From an uncultured Candidatus Saccharibacteria bacterium (GTDB taxonomy: Bacteria > Patescibacteriota > Minisyncoccia > Phycocordibacterales > UBA9973): a stretch of 34,836 nucleotides of DNA. The stretch spans positions 1 through 34,836 of the forward strand of contig CAZSQH010000001.1 of assembly GCA_964608655.1 (NCBI GenBank). The letters run 5' to 3'. The notes beneath the pieces were generated by a model. The model saw only the letters and a list, made by a program, of their open reading frames with translations, made no database searches and had not been told where the DNA came from. The position numbers were made by a program, and so were the translations under genes. Shown here in pieces: positions 15,636-23,730 of this stretch (position 1 is the stretch's first letter; every line of letters starts with the position of its first letter).

Positions 15636-16347
15636 TTGATAATTTAATAAACGTCACACGTTCGTAAGGCGCATTCAGGATAGAGAGAATGTTTTGAATA
15701 CGCCTTACGAATCAGCTTGCTGATTTTGTGGGGAACTGCTCTGGAGAGCTCGATAGCCTGGCAACAGGTGATACGGGGCGATTCTTCTGCAGATCGCTTC
15801 GGGGTGAGTCACATCATCCACATCTCCACTCGTCTGGGTTACAAGGGGGGACTAACCATCCTCTCTGGTCTGTAACACAAACGTGTCCTAACTCCTTGGC
15901 GGGGGTAAAGGGAAGTCAGAAGATCTGTTGGCACCAAGGGCTGAACGCCGGAAGTGCATTTCTTTGCTGTAAAGCAAAGATCTGTCCGCCTAGACCAATC
16001 AGATTTGAAAGTTGGTGCCTTGGTTCTCTTGCCGCAAGCGAGGGTGATCAAAGCGCTCCTGTTACCAGCACATGCAGGGTTCGCAAATATTTTGTAAAAA
16101 AATATATGCAACCGGCAAACACAGGGGTAAGTGTGTGACGTAGGACCATACCGTAAACCAGTACGAAAGTGCTGGAGAAAAACGGGAGATAGGGAAGCCC
16201 CCTATCATGTACAAAACGCCGGCCAGCGTAGAGTGCAATAAGTCACACACGGATTGGTTTGCATGTTCCGTTACAAAACATGTGGTCAAAGCTGCTCCCG
16301 TTCGCAACGGTGGTTCAACTTGGGGGTCACCTCAAGGAATTGCAGCA

Positions 16348-16379
16348 AGTATAGGGAGACCTAATCTATACTTTTTTTC
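16348..16379 (+). terminator. intrinsic terminator closing the structured region
   Basis: AGTATAG-ggagacctaat-CTATACT followed by tttttt. Confidence 0.65.
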
Positions 16380-16405
16380 TTAATGTTCTTTATTCAACAT
16401 ATATT

Positions 16406-16465
16406 GGGCGAAATCATTCGCCCCCATTATTCAGATCGGTGAGAGAAACTGGTTTGATTGTGGAA
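16406..16465 (+). repeat. two-hairpin RNA motif, copy 2
   Basis: GGGCGA-aatcat-TCGCCC, then CCATTATT, then CAGATCGG-tgagagaaa-CTGGTTTG, then ATTGTGGAA. Three 3'-strand transitions relative to copy 1 give G-U pairs only in the plus-strand RNA. Confidence 0.6.
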
Positions 16466-16494
16466 ACAATTTTGTTCATTTTAAAACAAAAAGC

Positions 16495-16581
16495 ATGACT
16501 ATTATCTTCATAATTATTTCCGGGATCACATTTGTTGCATGGATATTGATTATGAGAATGATGGTGCAACTTTATAAATAA
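16495..16581 (+). CDS. possible 28-aa hydrophobic peptide
   Basis: MTIIFIIISGITFVAWILIMRMMVQLYK. Its stop lies 2 nt before the next ATG. Confidence 0.35.
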   Translation: MTIIFIIISGITFVAWILIMRMMVQLYK

Positions 16582-16583
16582 AA

Positions 16584-16877
16584 ATGTTTGTATCCCTCAG
16601 AGGATGGCAAACCGGTCGCGAGATCGTGGAGCACGATGGCAAACTGTACTTTGAAGTGGCGGAACAAGGTCACTGCAGTATTTGCCAATCGCGAATCGAT
16701 CACATCAGAGCTGTGGTTGCTCGTAAGCAATTACAAGTAACCTACGGTCATCTGCTTGATCGATTCCCACGTGACGCGAGCACCCTATGGGTGGGATTGG
16801 ATAAACCGAAATCTCAGATGAGTACCGAAGAGATCAAAAATCTCTTTCGAGAAAATTTTGAGCTTCCGATTATCTAA
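16584..16877 (+). CDS. hypothetical protein (97 aa)
   Basis: Clean ORF followed by a ~110-nt structured 3' region and a terminator. Confidence 0.6.
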   Translation: MFVSLRGWQTGREIVEHDGKLYFEVAEQGHCSICQSRIDHIRAVVARKQLQVTYGHLLDRFPRDASTLWVGLDKPKSQMSTEEIKNLFRENFELPII

Positions 16878-16988
16878 TCTTCGGCAAGCCGTCTGGAGAA
16901 GTCCAAACAAAGCTAGATCAAGGGATTTGATCTACGCCCCTGGCTAAGGTGAGAAAACATCTTGAAACTGAAACAAAACAAAAAACAC

Positions 16989-17015
16989 GGCAAGTTTCTA
17001 CTTGCCTCCCTTTTT
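16989..17015 (+). terminator. intrinsic terminator
   Basis: GGCAAGT-ttct-ACTTGCC followed by tcccttttt. Confidence 0.75.
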
Positions 17016-17050
17016 GAAATCATAAAGAAATTTGTGGTTTCAAAATAGGA
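17010..17050 (+). repeat. 41-nt conserved intercassette box, copy 1
   Basis: ctttttgaaatcataaagaaatttgtggtttcaaaatagga is identical to 17589-17629. It contains TTGAAA...TTTCAA inverted arms. Confidence 0.85.
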
Positions 17051-17072
17051 TACGTTCTTTAAATAAAAATAG

Positions 17073-17480
17073 ATGCAAGTTGAAACAATAGTAATACTGA
17101 AAAGTCAATTCCATAACATTTGGGAAGGTCAGAAGTTAGCATCACTTACATACAAAACTCTGTACACAGGAGATGACAAACTCTACGTTGAGACATACGA
17201 TCATGATTTGATTGAAGAAGTAGCGCAGCAGACCGACTTTTGGGATTGTGTGAACAACTTTAACGAATCATATTCTGTAGAAGTGCAAGTATGTGAAGAT
17301 CTAGCTAACAAAAAGGAAATTGAAAAACACTTAACGTTCCTGGTTCTGGATGACATGAAGAAAAGAACTGGCAAAAACCCAGAAGACTCGTTTTTAAACA
17401 AAATGAGCGATGAAAAAAAGAAAGAAATAGAAGATGGGGTTGCGTGGGTGAGAAGAAATTTCCCTGGCTTAGGCTATTAA
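17073..17480 (+). CDS. hypothetical protein (135 aa)
   Basis: Clean acidic ORF with a structured 3' region (nested stem 17485-17518) and a terminator. Confidence 0.65.
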   Translation: MQVETIVILKSQFHNIWEGQKLASLTYKTLYTGDDKLYVETYDHDLIEEVAQQTDFWDCVNNFNESYSVEVQVCEDLANKKEIEKHLTFLVLDDMKKRTGKNPEDSFLNKMSDEKKKEIEDGVAWVRRNFPGLGY

Positions 17481-17567
17481 TCAGACCGGTGTCACACTTA
17501 CCCTGCAGGTAAGCCGGTTGGTAACAGAAGCGAGTCCGCATTTTTATGCCGACACAAAAAGTGAATT

Positions 17568-17594
17568 GGGAAACTTATGTTTCCCTCTCTTTTT
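17568..17594 (+). terminator. intrinsic terminator
   Basis: GGGAAAC-ttat-GTTTCCC followed by tctcttttt. Confidence 0.75.
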
Positions 17595-17629
17595 GAAATC
17601 ATAAAGAAATTTGTGGTTTCAAAATAGGA
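17589..17629 (+). repeat. 41-nt conserved intercassette box, copy 2
   Basis: Identical to 17010-17050. Confidence 0.85.
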
Positions 17630-17664
17630 AATAATTTTGTTCTTTAACCTTTAAAATATAAAAA

Positions 17665-17934
17665 ATGAAAAGGATACTTATTGTAGTGTTTACAGCAGTA
17701 GTTTTTGTTTCATGTACATCAAATTCACATGTTCGTTTTGTAAATGGCGCAGTAGTAGCAGAATCGAGGAATTATAGCGGGGTCTTTGTTCAAGTGGACA
17801 CCTCTGGCGATGGTGTTGCTGATGTTGAAGCAGAAGTATACGGGAGTGCTATGAGAAAAAGCTATAAGAGAGGAGATTCTATGTCTGTAGACATTCGAAC
17901 CCGTAGCCACTCCGCTGATCCGCTATTGAAATAG
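17665..17934 (+). CDS. small lipoprotein, hypothetical (89 aa)
   Basis: Signal peptide with lipobox FVSC. Confidence 0.6.
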   Translation: MKRILIVVFTAVVFVSCTSNSHVRFVNGAVVAESRNYSGVFVQVDTSGDGVADVEAEVYGSAMRKSYKRGDSMSVDIRTRSHSADPLLK

Positions 17935-18020
17935 GGAAGCGTACGCACCAGATGGAAAAACCTTTATAACTCACAACCGACGGGATGTTGGTCTGAGGGC
18001 TGGTGAATTCAAAACATAAC

Positions 18021-18050
18021 GAGAAGCTGGATTTCCCGCTTCTCTTTTTT
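18021..18050 (+). terminator. intrinsic terminator
   Basis: GAGAAGC-tggatttcc-GCTTCTC followed by tttttt. Confidence 0.7.
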
Positions 18051-18118
18051 ATCAAAATCTTAAATAGCTATTTGAGGTTTTGTAGAAAAAAATTTGTTCA
18101 TTTTAAAAAACTTTATAT

Positions 18119-18445
18119 ATGGCAACAAAACGTACACTGGTACCGTATTCTGAAATACAAAAAGGAATATCCTGCAAAAGTGAAAAAATAAGAGAAGCCT
18201 ACCGTGAATACTATTGGATGTCTCCAAAAGGATTTATCCGTTTGAAACGACTAGTTCGCCTTACAGAAATACAGGCTCCAGCGATTATTTTATTTCATGA
18301 ATTCGATCAAATGGTGCGCCAGATGGGAGAATCGAACATCGCAAGAAACGAAATTTTCAAGATAAAACAACTTCTTTTCAAAGAATACCCCTTATTAGAA
18401 AAAGAGATTGTAAAAGGTCGGAAGGTCAGAAATTCTCAATATTAG
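18119..18445 (+). CDS. hypothetical protein (108 aa)
   Basis: Clean ORF with a terminator abutting the stop codon. Confidence 0.6.
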   Translation: MATKRTLVPYSEIQKGISCKSEKIREAYREYYWMSPKGFIRLKRLVRLTEIQAPAIILFHEFDQMVRQMGESNIARNEIFKIKQLLFKEYPLLEKEIVKGRKVRNSQY

Positions 18446-18471
18446 CAACCTTGAATGGGTTGCTTTTTTTA
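18444..18471 (+). terminator. intrinsic terminator
   Basis: AGCAACC-ttgaatg-GGTTGCT followed by ttttttt. Confidence 0.75.
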
Positions 18472-18472
18472 T

Positions 18473-18500
18473 TTGACTTTATTCTGTAAATACATAGAAT
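18473..18500 (+). promoter_or_regulatory. sigma70-type promoter
   Basis: TTGACT, a 16-nt spacer, then TAGAAT, 19 nt before ATG 18520. Confidence 0.5.
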
Positions 18501-18519
18501 CGAGAAAAATTGTCTTGTT

Positions 18520-19047
18520 ATGGTTAACAAAGAAATTACAGTTATCACCGATGGATCAGGAAATAAAGAACATGCGATTACCATGGTATCTAAAGGAACA
18601 TTTACACATGTCCACATAGTGCAAGCGCCAAAGATGCCTGCAATTGAAGTTCCTTTTTCATTTCAAAGCGCTTTAAGAATTATTGAAGAGAAATTATCTC
18701 GACTTGTCTTTGTTTACGAGGAAGAAAAAGAAAATTTATTTTTTGTCACTATTCAAAAATATTTTTTCCTTGAAAAAGGGTGGAACCTTGGAGCAGTAGC
18801 TTATGTGCAGTGTCCCCGAGGGGTAATCATTCCTGGATATGCACGAAGTGTGCCTCTCCCCACAGAACTTTCTAACGCAATGATTGATGATATAGAAAAA
18901 CGATACGCATACTTTGCTCAACTATTTCCAACGCAAAAAAATCAGCCCATGTTTGATGTATTTGTTCCTGGAGAATCAGAAATTGACTGGTTTAAAGAAT
19001 TACTCCGACCAATTTTTAAAAAAATAGAGCGAGAAAAATTGTATTGA
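18520..19047 (+). CDS. hypothetical protein (175 aa)
   Basis: Clean ORF with its own promoter and terminator. Confidence 0.7.
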   Translation: MVNKEITVITDGSGNKEHAITMVSKGTFTHVHIVQAPKMPAIEVPFSFQSALRIIEEKLSRLVFVYEEEKENLFFVTIQKYFFLEKGWNLGAVAYVQCPRGVIIPGYARSVPLPTELSNAMIDDIEKRYAYFAQLFPTQKNQPMFDVFVPGESEIDWFKELLRPIFKKIEREKLY

Positions 19048-19049
19048 TA

Positions 19050-19076
19050 AAAAATCCCGCGCAATGCGGGATTTTT
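19050..19076. terminator. bidirectional intrinsic terminator
   Basis: AAAAATCCCGC-gcaat-GCGGGATTTTT sits between convergent genes. Confidence 0.8.
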
Positions 19077-20201
19077 TTAGTACTTTGTATATTTTTTGTC
19101 TTTTGTAAATGGATTTTTGATTCCGTGTGTTTCAAAGTGAAGGTGTGTCCCCGTTGATCGCCCGCTATCTCCCATGCCCCCAATCTTTTCTCCTTGGTCA
19201 ACAGAGTCTCCTACAGAAACAGCAATGCTCGAGAGGTGTGCGTAAAGTGTCTGGATCCCATTATCATGAGAAATAACGATAAAGTTTCCAAATCCTCCAT
19301 TGCATCGATTCTTAAGCGACCCATCAAGCCCACAACCACCTTTTGCAACAATCACTGTTCCTTCTGCTGCGGCAACAATTGGAGACCCTGTTTTTGCTCC
19401 AAAATCAACCGCATTCACTGCATGGTATCCCTGTGTGAGCACGCTTCCTGGTGCAGGAGCTATAAATGGACCGTATCGCCCAGAAGTGCTTGGTTGCGAA
19501 TCTTCTTTTTCTTTAGCATCTTCCTCTTTTGGTTCAGTATCAGCACTATGATCATGTGTGTCTTCTTCTGAAAACGCAGACGAGGGAAGGGGGGAAGGGG
19601 GAAGTGTTTTTTGACTAGCCACAGGAGCTGGCGTTGCTTTTGTTTTCTGTTTTTGAGTAGGCGCTGGTGTTGCAGGGGTAGGTTCCGCATCTGGAATAAT
19701 AAGTTCAAGGCCCGGCTTTATAAGTGCAGGATTATCCAAATCATTAAAATAGAGTATTTCATCAGCATCAGCATCAAATTTCTTTGCTATGCCAGAAATG
19801 GTATCTCCTTTTACAACAGTGTACTGGACGCCATTTATTGGCAAAATAACAAGAACTTGTCCTATTTTGAGTACAGATTTTCTGGTAAGTTCATTTGCCC
19901 AAAGTACTGTATTTTCACTAACATTAAACTTCTTTGCGATACTTGAAATAGTGTCTCCACTCTTTACTGTATACAGAGTAATGGTAGATAGATCTTCCCC
20001 ATCTCCTTCAGTCGATTCATCAGTTGGCATTTCTGTTGCTTCTTCAACAGTAACCTGATCATCTTTGACCTGGTTATACTTTGTTGCCCCGACAATCTGA
20101 CCGGTTACAATATGAGCAACTGTAACATTAATTACAAGAAGGGCGCCGAGCAGAAAAACAATTCGTTTTCGGGCAGCACCAGATGTATGTTTTGGTAACA
20201 T
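19077..20201 (-). CDS. LysM-domain M23-family metallopeptidase (peptidoglycan hydrolase)
   Basis: N-terminal TM anchor. Two LysM repeats (YTVKSGDTISSIAKKF.., YTVVKGDTISGIAKKF..), a Pro/Thr linker, and M23 motifs HAVNAVDF and THLHFE. Confidence 0.9.
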   Translation of the reverse strand: MLPKHTSGAARKRIVFLLGALLVINVTVAHIVTGQIVGATKYNQVKDDQVTVEEATEMPTDESTEGDGEDLSTITLYTVKSGDTISSIAKKFNVSENTVLWANELTRKSVLKIGQVLVILPINGVQYTVVKGDTISGIAKKFDADADEILYFNDLDNPALIKPGLELIIPDAEPTPATPAPTQKQKTKATPAPVASQKTLPPSPLPSSAFSEEDTHDHSADTEPKEEDAKEKEDSQPSTSGRYGPFIAPAPGSVLTQGYHAVNAVDFGAKTGSPIVAAAEGTVIVAKGGCGLDGSLKNRCNGGFGNFIVISHDNGIQTLYAHLSSIAVSVGDSVDQGEKIGGMGDSGRSTGTHLHFETHGIKNPFTKDKKYTKY

Positions 20202-20485
20202 AAGGTATTACAAGAAAACATGATACCAAGAAAGGAACAAGGTTTGGCATAGTACAACATAAAATCATTATGTAAATACTTTTTATCCTTATTTTTCAAT
20301 GTTTTTACAAAAATTGACGAATGCTTAAACTATTGGATACTTTGTTTTCCTTTAGAAAATAAGGGTTTTTTGGGATTTTGATTTGAAATCTAAGGGAGCT
20401 TACGGGGCACAATGTGCTTTTTATAGAGTCGAAGGATATACTTGCCTGACACTTACTATAAAAATGTTTATTCTAAAAGCTATTC

Positions 20486-22423
20486 ATGGAACCGTTTGCT
20501 AAAAAATCTTCATTTATTGATGGGCTTAACGATGCTCAACGCCAAGCGGTACTTTCAACTGAAGGACCGCTTCTTATTGTTGCGGGAGCTGGCGCAGGGA
20601 AAACAAAGACTATTGTTCATAGAATATGTCACCTTATAGAGAAAGGTGTTCCTCCAGATGCAATTTTAGCTGTCACTTTTACCAATAAATCTGCAAAAGA
20701 AATGAGGGAACGAGTAAATTCTATGGTATCTGGGATGCCGTTTTTTACCCACCAAGGATCTCTCCCGTATGTAGCAACATTTCATAGTCTTGGTGTTTTT
20801 TTGTTGAGAAAATTTGGAGCATACGGAGGGGCACTTAAACGATTTGTCATTCTTGATGACAGTGACACCATGTCACTCATTAAAGAATCTCTTCTTTTTT
20901 TTGGAATGGACCCAAAACAGCATGACCCTCGTGGAATCAAAGGAATCATCAGCAACGCAACAAATGCAATGCAAACTCCCGATGACCTTATGAGTGAGAC
21001 AAACCCACGATATCGTCTCGCTGGACAAGTGTGGAAAAAATACACCGCATTAAAACAAGAACAAAAAGCACTCGATTTTGATGACCTGCTATTTCACACG
21101 GCGCAGCTACTCAATACAAACGAAGACGCGCTCACCTGGTGCACCAACACGTGGCACTATATCCATATAGATGAATACCAAGACACCAATGAGGTGCAGT
21201 ACCGTATTGCACGTGCACTCTCGGGAAAAAACAAAAATATTTGTGTTGTTGGTGACAGTGATCAGAGTATCTATTCATGGCGCGGAGCAAATATAAAAAA
21301 TATTTTAGAATTTGAAAGAGACTACCCAGAAGCAACAGTAGTACTCCTCCAAGAAAACTATAGATCAACAAAAACAGTACTCTCTGCTGCAAATGAAGTC
21401 ATTGCAAAAAATAATCATCGAACCCCAAAAGAATTATTTACCAGCAACACTGAGGGAGAACTTATTTCACAGTATGCGGGGTATGACGAAAATGACGAAG
21501 CTGTATTTATTGTTGAACGAGCAATCGAACATATTGACCGCGGCACCCCAGCAGAAGAGATTGCTGTCCTTTTTCGTACCAATTTCCAATCACGCATCCT
21601 CGAAGAAGCATTTCTTAAATACAACATCCCTTACCAAGTGCTTGGGGTCCGTTTCTTTGAACGAAAAGAGGTAAAAGATGTTCTCTCATACATCCGTGCA
21701 GCACTGCATCCTGATTCGCTTGTTGATGTAAAACGTACAATCAACACACCCGCTCGCGGTATTGGAAAAGTAACTATCGCAAAAGTATTTAGTGGTGAAC
21801 GAGAAACACTCAGCGGAAAAGCAAAACAGGGGGTTGATCATTACTTCGATACGCTTCAAAAAATTGCAGACTATGCACAAGCACACACCACAAGCGAGTT
21901 ACTAAAATTCACTATAGAAAAAACTGGCATTGGGGCGTCTTACAAAAAAGAACACGATGGAGAAGAGCGTTTGGAAAATCTAAAAGAATTAGTATCTCTT
22001 GGATTACGATATGATCATCTTTCTCCTGATGAAGGAATAGAAAAACTCCTTGAAGAAGCAACGCTCATGAGCGACCAAGACAATATTGAGCAAGCACGTG
22101 GGGTAAAATTAATGACCATTCATGCATCAAAAGGACTTGAGTTTTCAGTAGTATTTGTGTGTGGACTCGAACAAGGGCTATTTCCACATGAACGAGACAA
22201 AGCACTCACTGGGGCAGATGCCGAAGAAGAACGCCGTCTTATGTATGTCGCACTTACTCGTGCAAGAAAAAAACTATACCTTTCTTATGCATCAGTACGG
22301 ACTATATTTGGAATGCGCGACATGCGACTTCCAAGTGAATTTCTAATGGATATTCCCGAAGAACTTATTGTCCGAGAAACAAGAGAGGGTGAAGCAGGAT
22401 TTGGCACCGTCTATTTGCTATAG
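20486..22423 (+). CDS. uvrD: UvrD/PcrA/Rep-family ATP-dependent DNA helicase
   Basis: LNDAQRQAV, Walker A AGAGAGKT, DEYQDTN, YRS, and C-terminal motifs LMTIHASKGLEF and VALTRA. Confidence 0.93.
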   Translation: MEPFAKKSSFIDGLNDAQRQAVLSTEGPLLIVAGAGAGKTKTIVHRICHLIEKGVPPDAILAVTFTNKSAKEMRERVNSMVSGMPFFTHQGSLPYVATFHSLGVFLLRKFGAYGGALKRFVILDDSDTMSLIKESLLFFGMDPKQHDPRGIKGIISNATNAMQTPDDLMSETNPRYRLAGQVWKKYTALKQEQKALDFDDLLFHTAQLLNTNEDALTWCTNTWHYIHIDEYQDTNEVQYRIARALSGKNKNICVVGDSDQSIYSWRGANIKNILEFERDYPEATVVLLQENYRSTKTVLSAANEVIAKNNHRTPKELFTSNTEGELISQYAGYDENDEAVFIVERAIEHIDRGTPAEEIAVLFRTNFQSRILEEAFLKYNIPYQVLGVRFFERKEVKDVLSYIRAALHPDSLVDVKRTINTPARGIGKVTIAKVFSGERETLSGKAKQGVDHYFDTLQKIADYAQAHTTSELLKFTIEKTGIGASYKKEHDGEERLENLKELVSLGLRYDHLSPDEGIEKLLEEATLMSDQDNIEQARGVKLMTIHASKGLEFSVVFVCGLEQGLFPHERDKALTGADAEEERRLMYVALTRARKKLYLSYASVRTIFGMRDMRLPSEFLMDIPEELIVRETREGEAGFGTVYLL

Positions 22424-22444
22424 AAAATCGTGTATAGTACCACC

Positions 22445-23242
22445 ATGAAAGCAAAGAAGTCCTTGGGGCAACATTTTTTAAAAAGTGAAAAAGCACTCAC
22501 GCAAATTGTAACTGCGGGAGCTATTTATGCAAATGATATCGTGCTTGAAATTGGCCCTGGACAAGGAGTGCTCACCGAACGGTTGTTACGTCTTGCAGGA
22601 AAAGTAATTGCAATTGAAAAAGATCGAGAACTTATTCCGCTCCTAAAAGAAAAATTTGCAAAAGAAATTGCGGAGGAGCGCCTCGACCTCCTTGAGGAAG
22701 ATATATTAAAATTTGATCCTGCTGTACTTCGTTTTTACAAAAAACCGTACAAACTAATCGCTAACATCCCGTACTACATCACTGGTGCAATCATCGAACA
22801 ATTTCTCAGCACCCCGCACCAACCAGAACAGCTAGTGCTTTTAGTACAAAAAGAAGTTGCGCAACGTATTGTTGCAAAAGATAAAAAAGAGAGCGTACTC
22901 TCTGTTGCGGTGCGTGCCTATGGAGTGCCTCAAATTATTGCAACAGTTCCTGCTGGTGCATTTTCTCCTGCACCAAAAGTTGATTCAGCAATTATTTCAA
23001 TAAAAAATATTTCTCGTGATTTTTTCAAAACATGTAATGAGGAGTTGTTTTTTAAAACAATAAAATTTATTTTTGGAAGAAAACGAAAACAAATTGAGGG
23101 GAGCCTAACAGAATTTATTAAAAACAGAGCTCTTGCAAAAAAAATACTAGAAGAGAGTGGTATTGCTCCACAAACTCGACCTGAAGAAATTTCCCTCCTT
23201 CAGTGGAAAGTGCTCGTTGGTCATATAGAAAATAGTCAGTGA
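22445..23242 (+). CDS. rsmA: 16S rRNA (adenine1518/1519-N6)-dimethyltransferase
   Basis: KSLGQHFL and the SAM motif VLEIGPGQGVLT. NIPYYIT. ATG 22445 is chosen over the GTG at 22430. Confidence 0.92.
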   Translation: MKAKKSLGQHFLKSEKALTQIVTAGAIYANDIVLEIGPGQGVLTERLLRLAGKVIAIEKDRELIPLLKEKFAKEIAEERLDLLEEDILKFDPAVLRFYKKPYKLIANIPYYITGAIIEQFLSTPHQPEQLVLLVQKEVAQRIVAKDKKESVLSVAVRAYGVPQIIATVPAGAFSPAPKVDSAIISIKNISRDFFKTCNEELFFKTIKFIFGRKRKQIEGSLTEFIKNRALAKKILEESGIAPQTRPEEISLLQWKVLVGHIENSQ

Positions 23243-23260
23243 CGTTGTATACTGTAAACA

Positions 23261-23725
23261 ATGAGATATTTTTCTTTACTGCTTCTTTTTTTCATAGTAC
23301 CCACCCCTGTAGTGGGTGCAACATTTAAAAATATGACCCTCCCTTTTGGGGGAAGAGTACTCACCACTGAACTTCCTGGAGTTACCTGTCTAAACCCTAT
23401 CGGAACTGCCCCGGTAGTACTCACCAGCAACCTTGCTGGTCTTCTTCGCGCAGGTACCGCTGCTGCAGATGGGAGTCAAGCCACTGGACAAAGAGTCACA
23501 AATATAGCAACAGGACTCTATAGAGCGATTCCTCTCTACACATGGGCATACACAAAAAATAGTGGAGGAGTGCCTGCGCAGCAGCCAAAACAAGGTGATT
23601 GGATTTTGGGAAGACAAAAAATTGTCCCCAATTTTTCTACTTGCCTCATCGGAGAAACAGTTCCTTTCCCTGTGGTCGAAACAGACAACTTTGGAATAAC
23701 AAGATCATCTTCCCTTGGAAGATAG
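23261..23725 (+). CDS. small secreted protein, first gene of the T4SS-like operon (154 aa)
   Basis: Signal peptide MRYFSLLLLFFIVPTPVVGA. TATACT sits 7 nt before the ATG. No family recognised. Confidence 0.7.
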   Translation: MRYFSLLLLFFIVPTPVVGATFKNMTLPFGGRVLTTELPGVTCLNPIGTAPVVLTSNLAGLLRAGTAAADGSQATGQRVTNIATGLYRAIPLYTWAYTKNSGGVPAQQPKQGDWILGRQKIVPNFSTCLIGETVPFPVVETDNFGITRSSSLGR

Positions 23726-23730
23726 CCCTT

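Larger units (their letters stand above)
14788..16379 (+). ncRNA. candidate large structured non-coding RNA (class unknown; could be two adjacent RNAs)
   Basis: No credible protein ORF on either strand. Hand-counted lines have 31/60 (15841) and 33/60 (15901) G+C, versus 26/60 in a uvrD line and 7/60 at 14641. Stems are dense. Long-range stems are 14932-14944/14980-14992, 15095-15112/15117-15134 (perfect 18 bp), 15661-15671/15701-15711 and 16131-16139/16242-16250. Local hairpins include 15710-15725 (CUUG loop) and 16158-16175 (GAAA loop). A promoter lies upstream and an intrinsic terminator at the end. Confidence 0.45.

Noticed and set aside
15728-16138. 136-aa plus-strand ORF, together with overlapping minus-strand ORFs 15839..16111, 16062..16307, 15233..15559 and 15139..15363
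   Set aside because: They are mutually overlapping on both strands. The translations are Cys/Gly/Ser/His-rich and unlike any protein. Their openness is explained by the GC-rich, stem-rich sequence. Reading through the TGA at 16136 meets a TAA six codons later, so stop-codon recoding does not rescue the frame.
14229-16583. Alternative genetic code (for example UGA recoding) as an explanation for the 2.3-kb ORF gap
   Set aside because: Very long standard-code ORFs (up to about 1200 codons) occur throughout the window. All three stop codons interrupt every frame of the gap region.
16878-18050. Integron-style gene cassettes with attC sites between the small genes
   Set aside because: The junction stems lack RYYYAAC/GTTRRRY cores. 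Each junction is a plain terminator plus promoter-like box, and no IntI-type integrase adjoins the array. The only tyrosine recombinase (7995-8903) is Xer-like and 8 kb away.
23599-23730. 5' extension of ORF 23599..24615
   Set aside because: It overlaps the preceding secreted-protein gene in another frame. The protein makes sense from ATG 23731 (MEPSSRP... followed by the TM helix).
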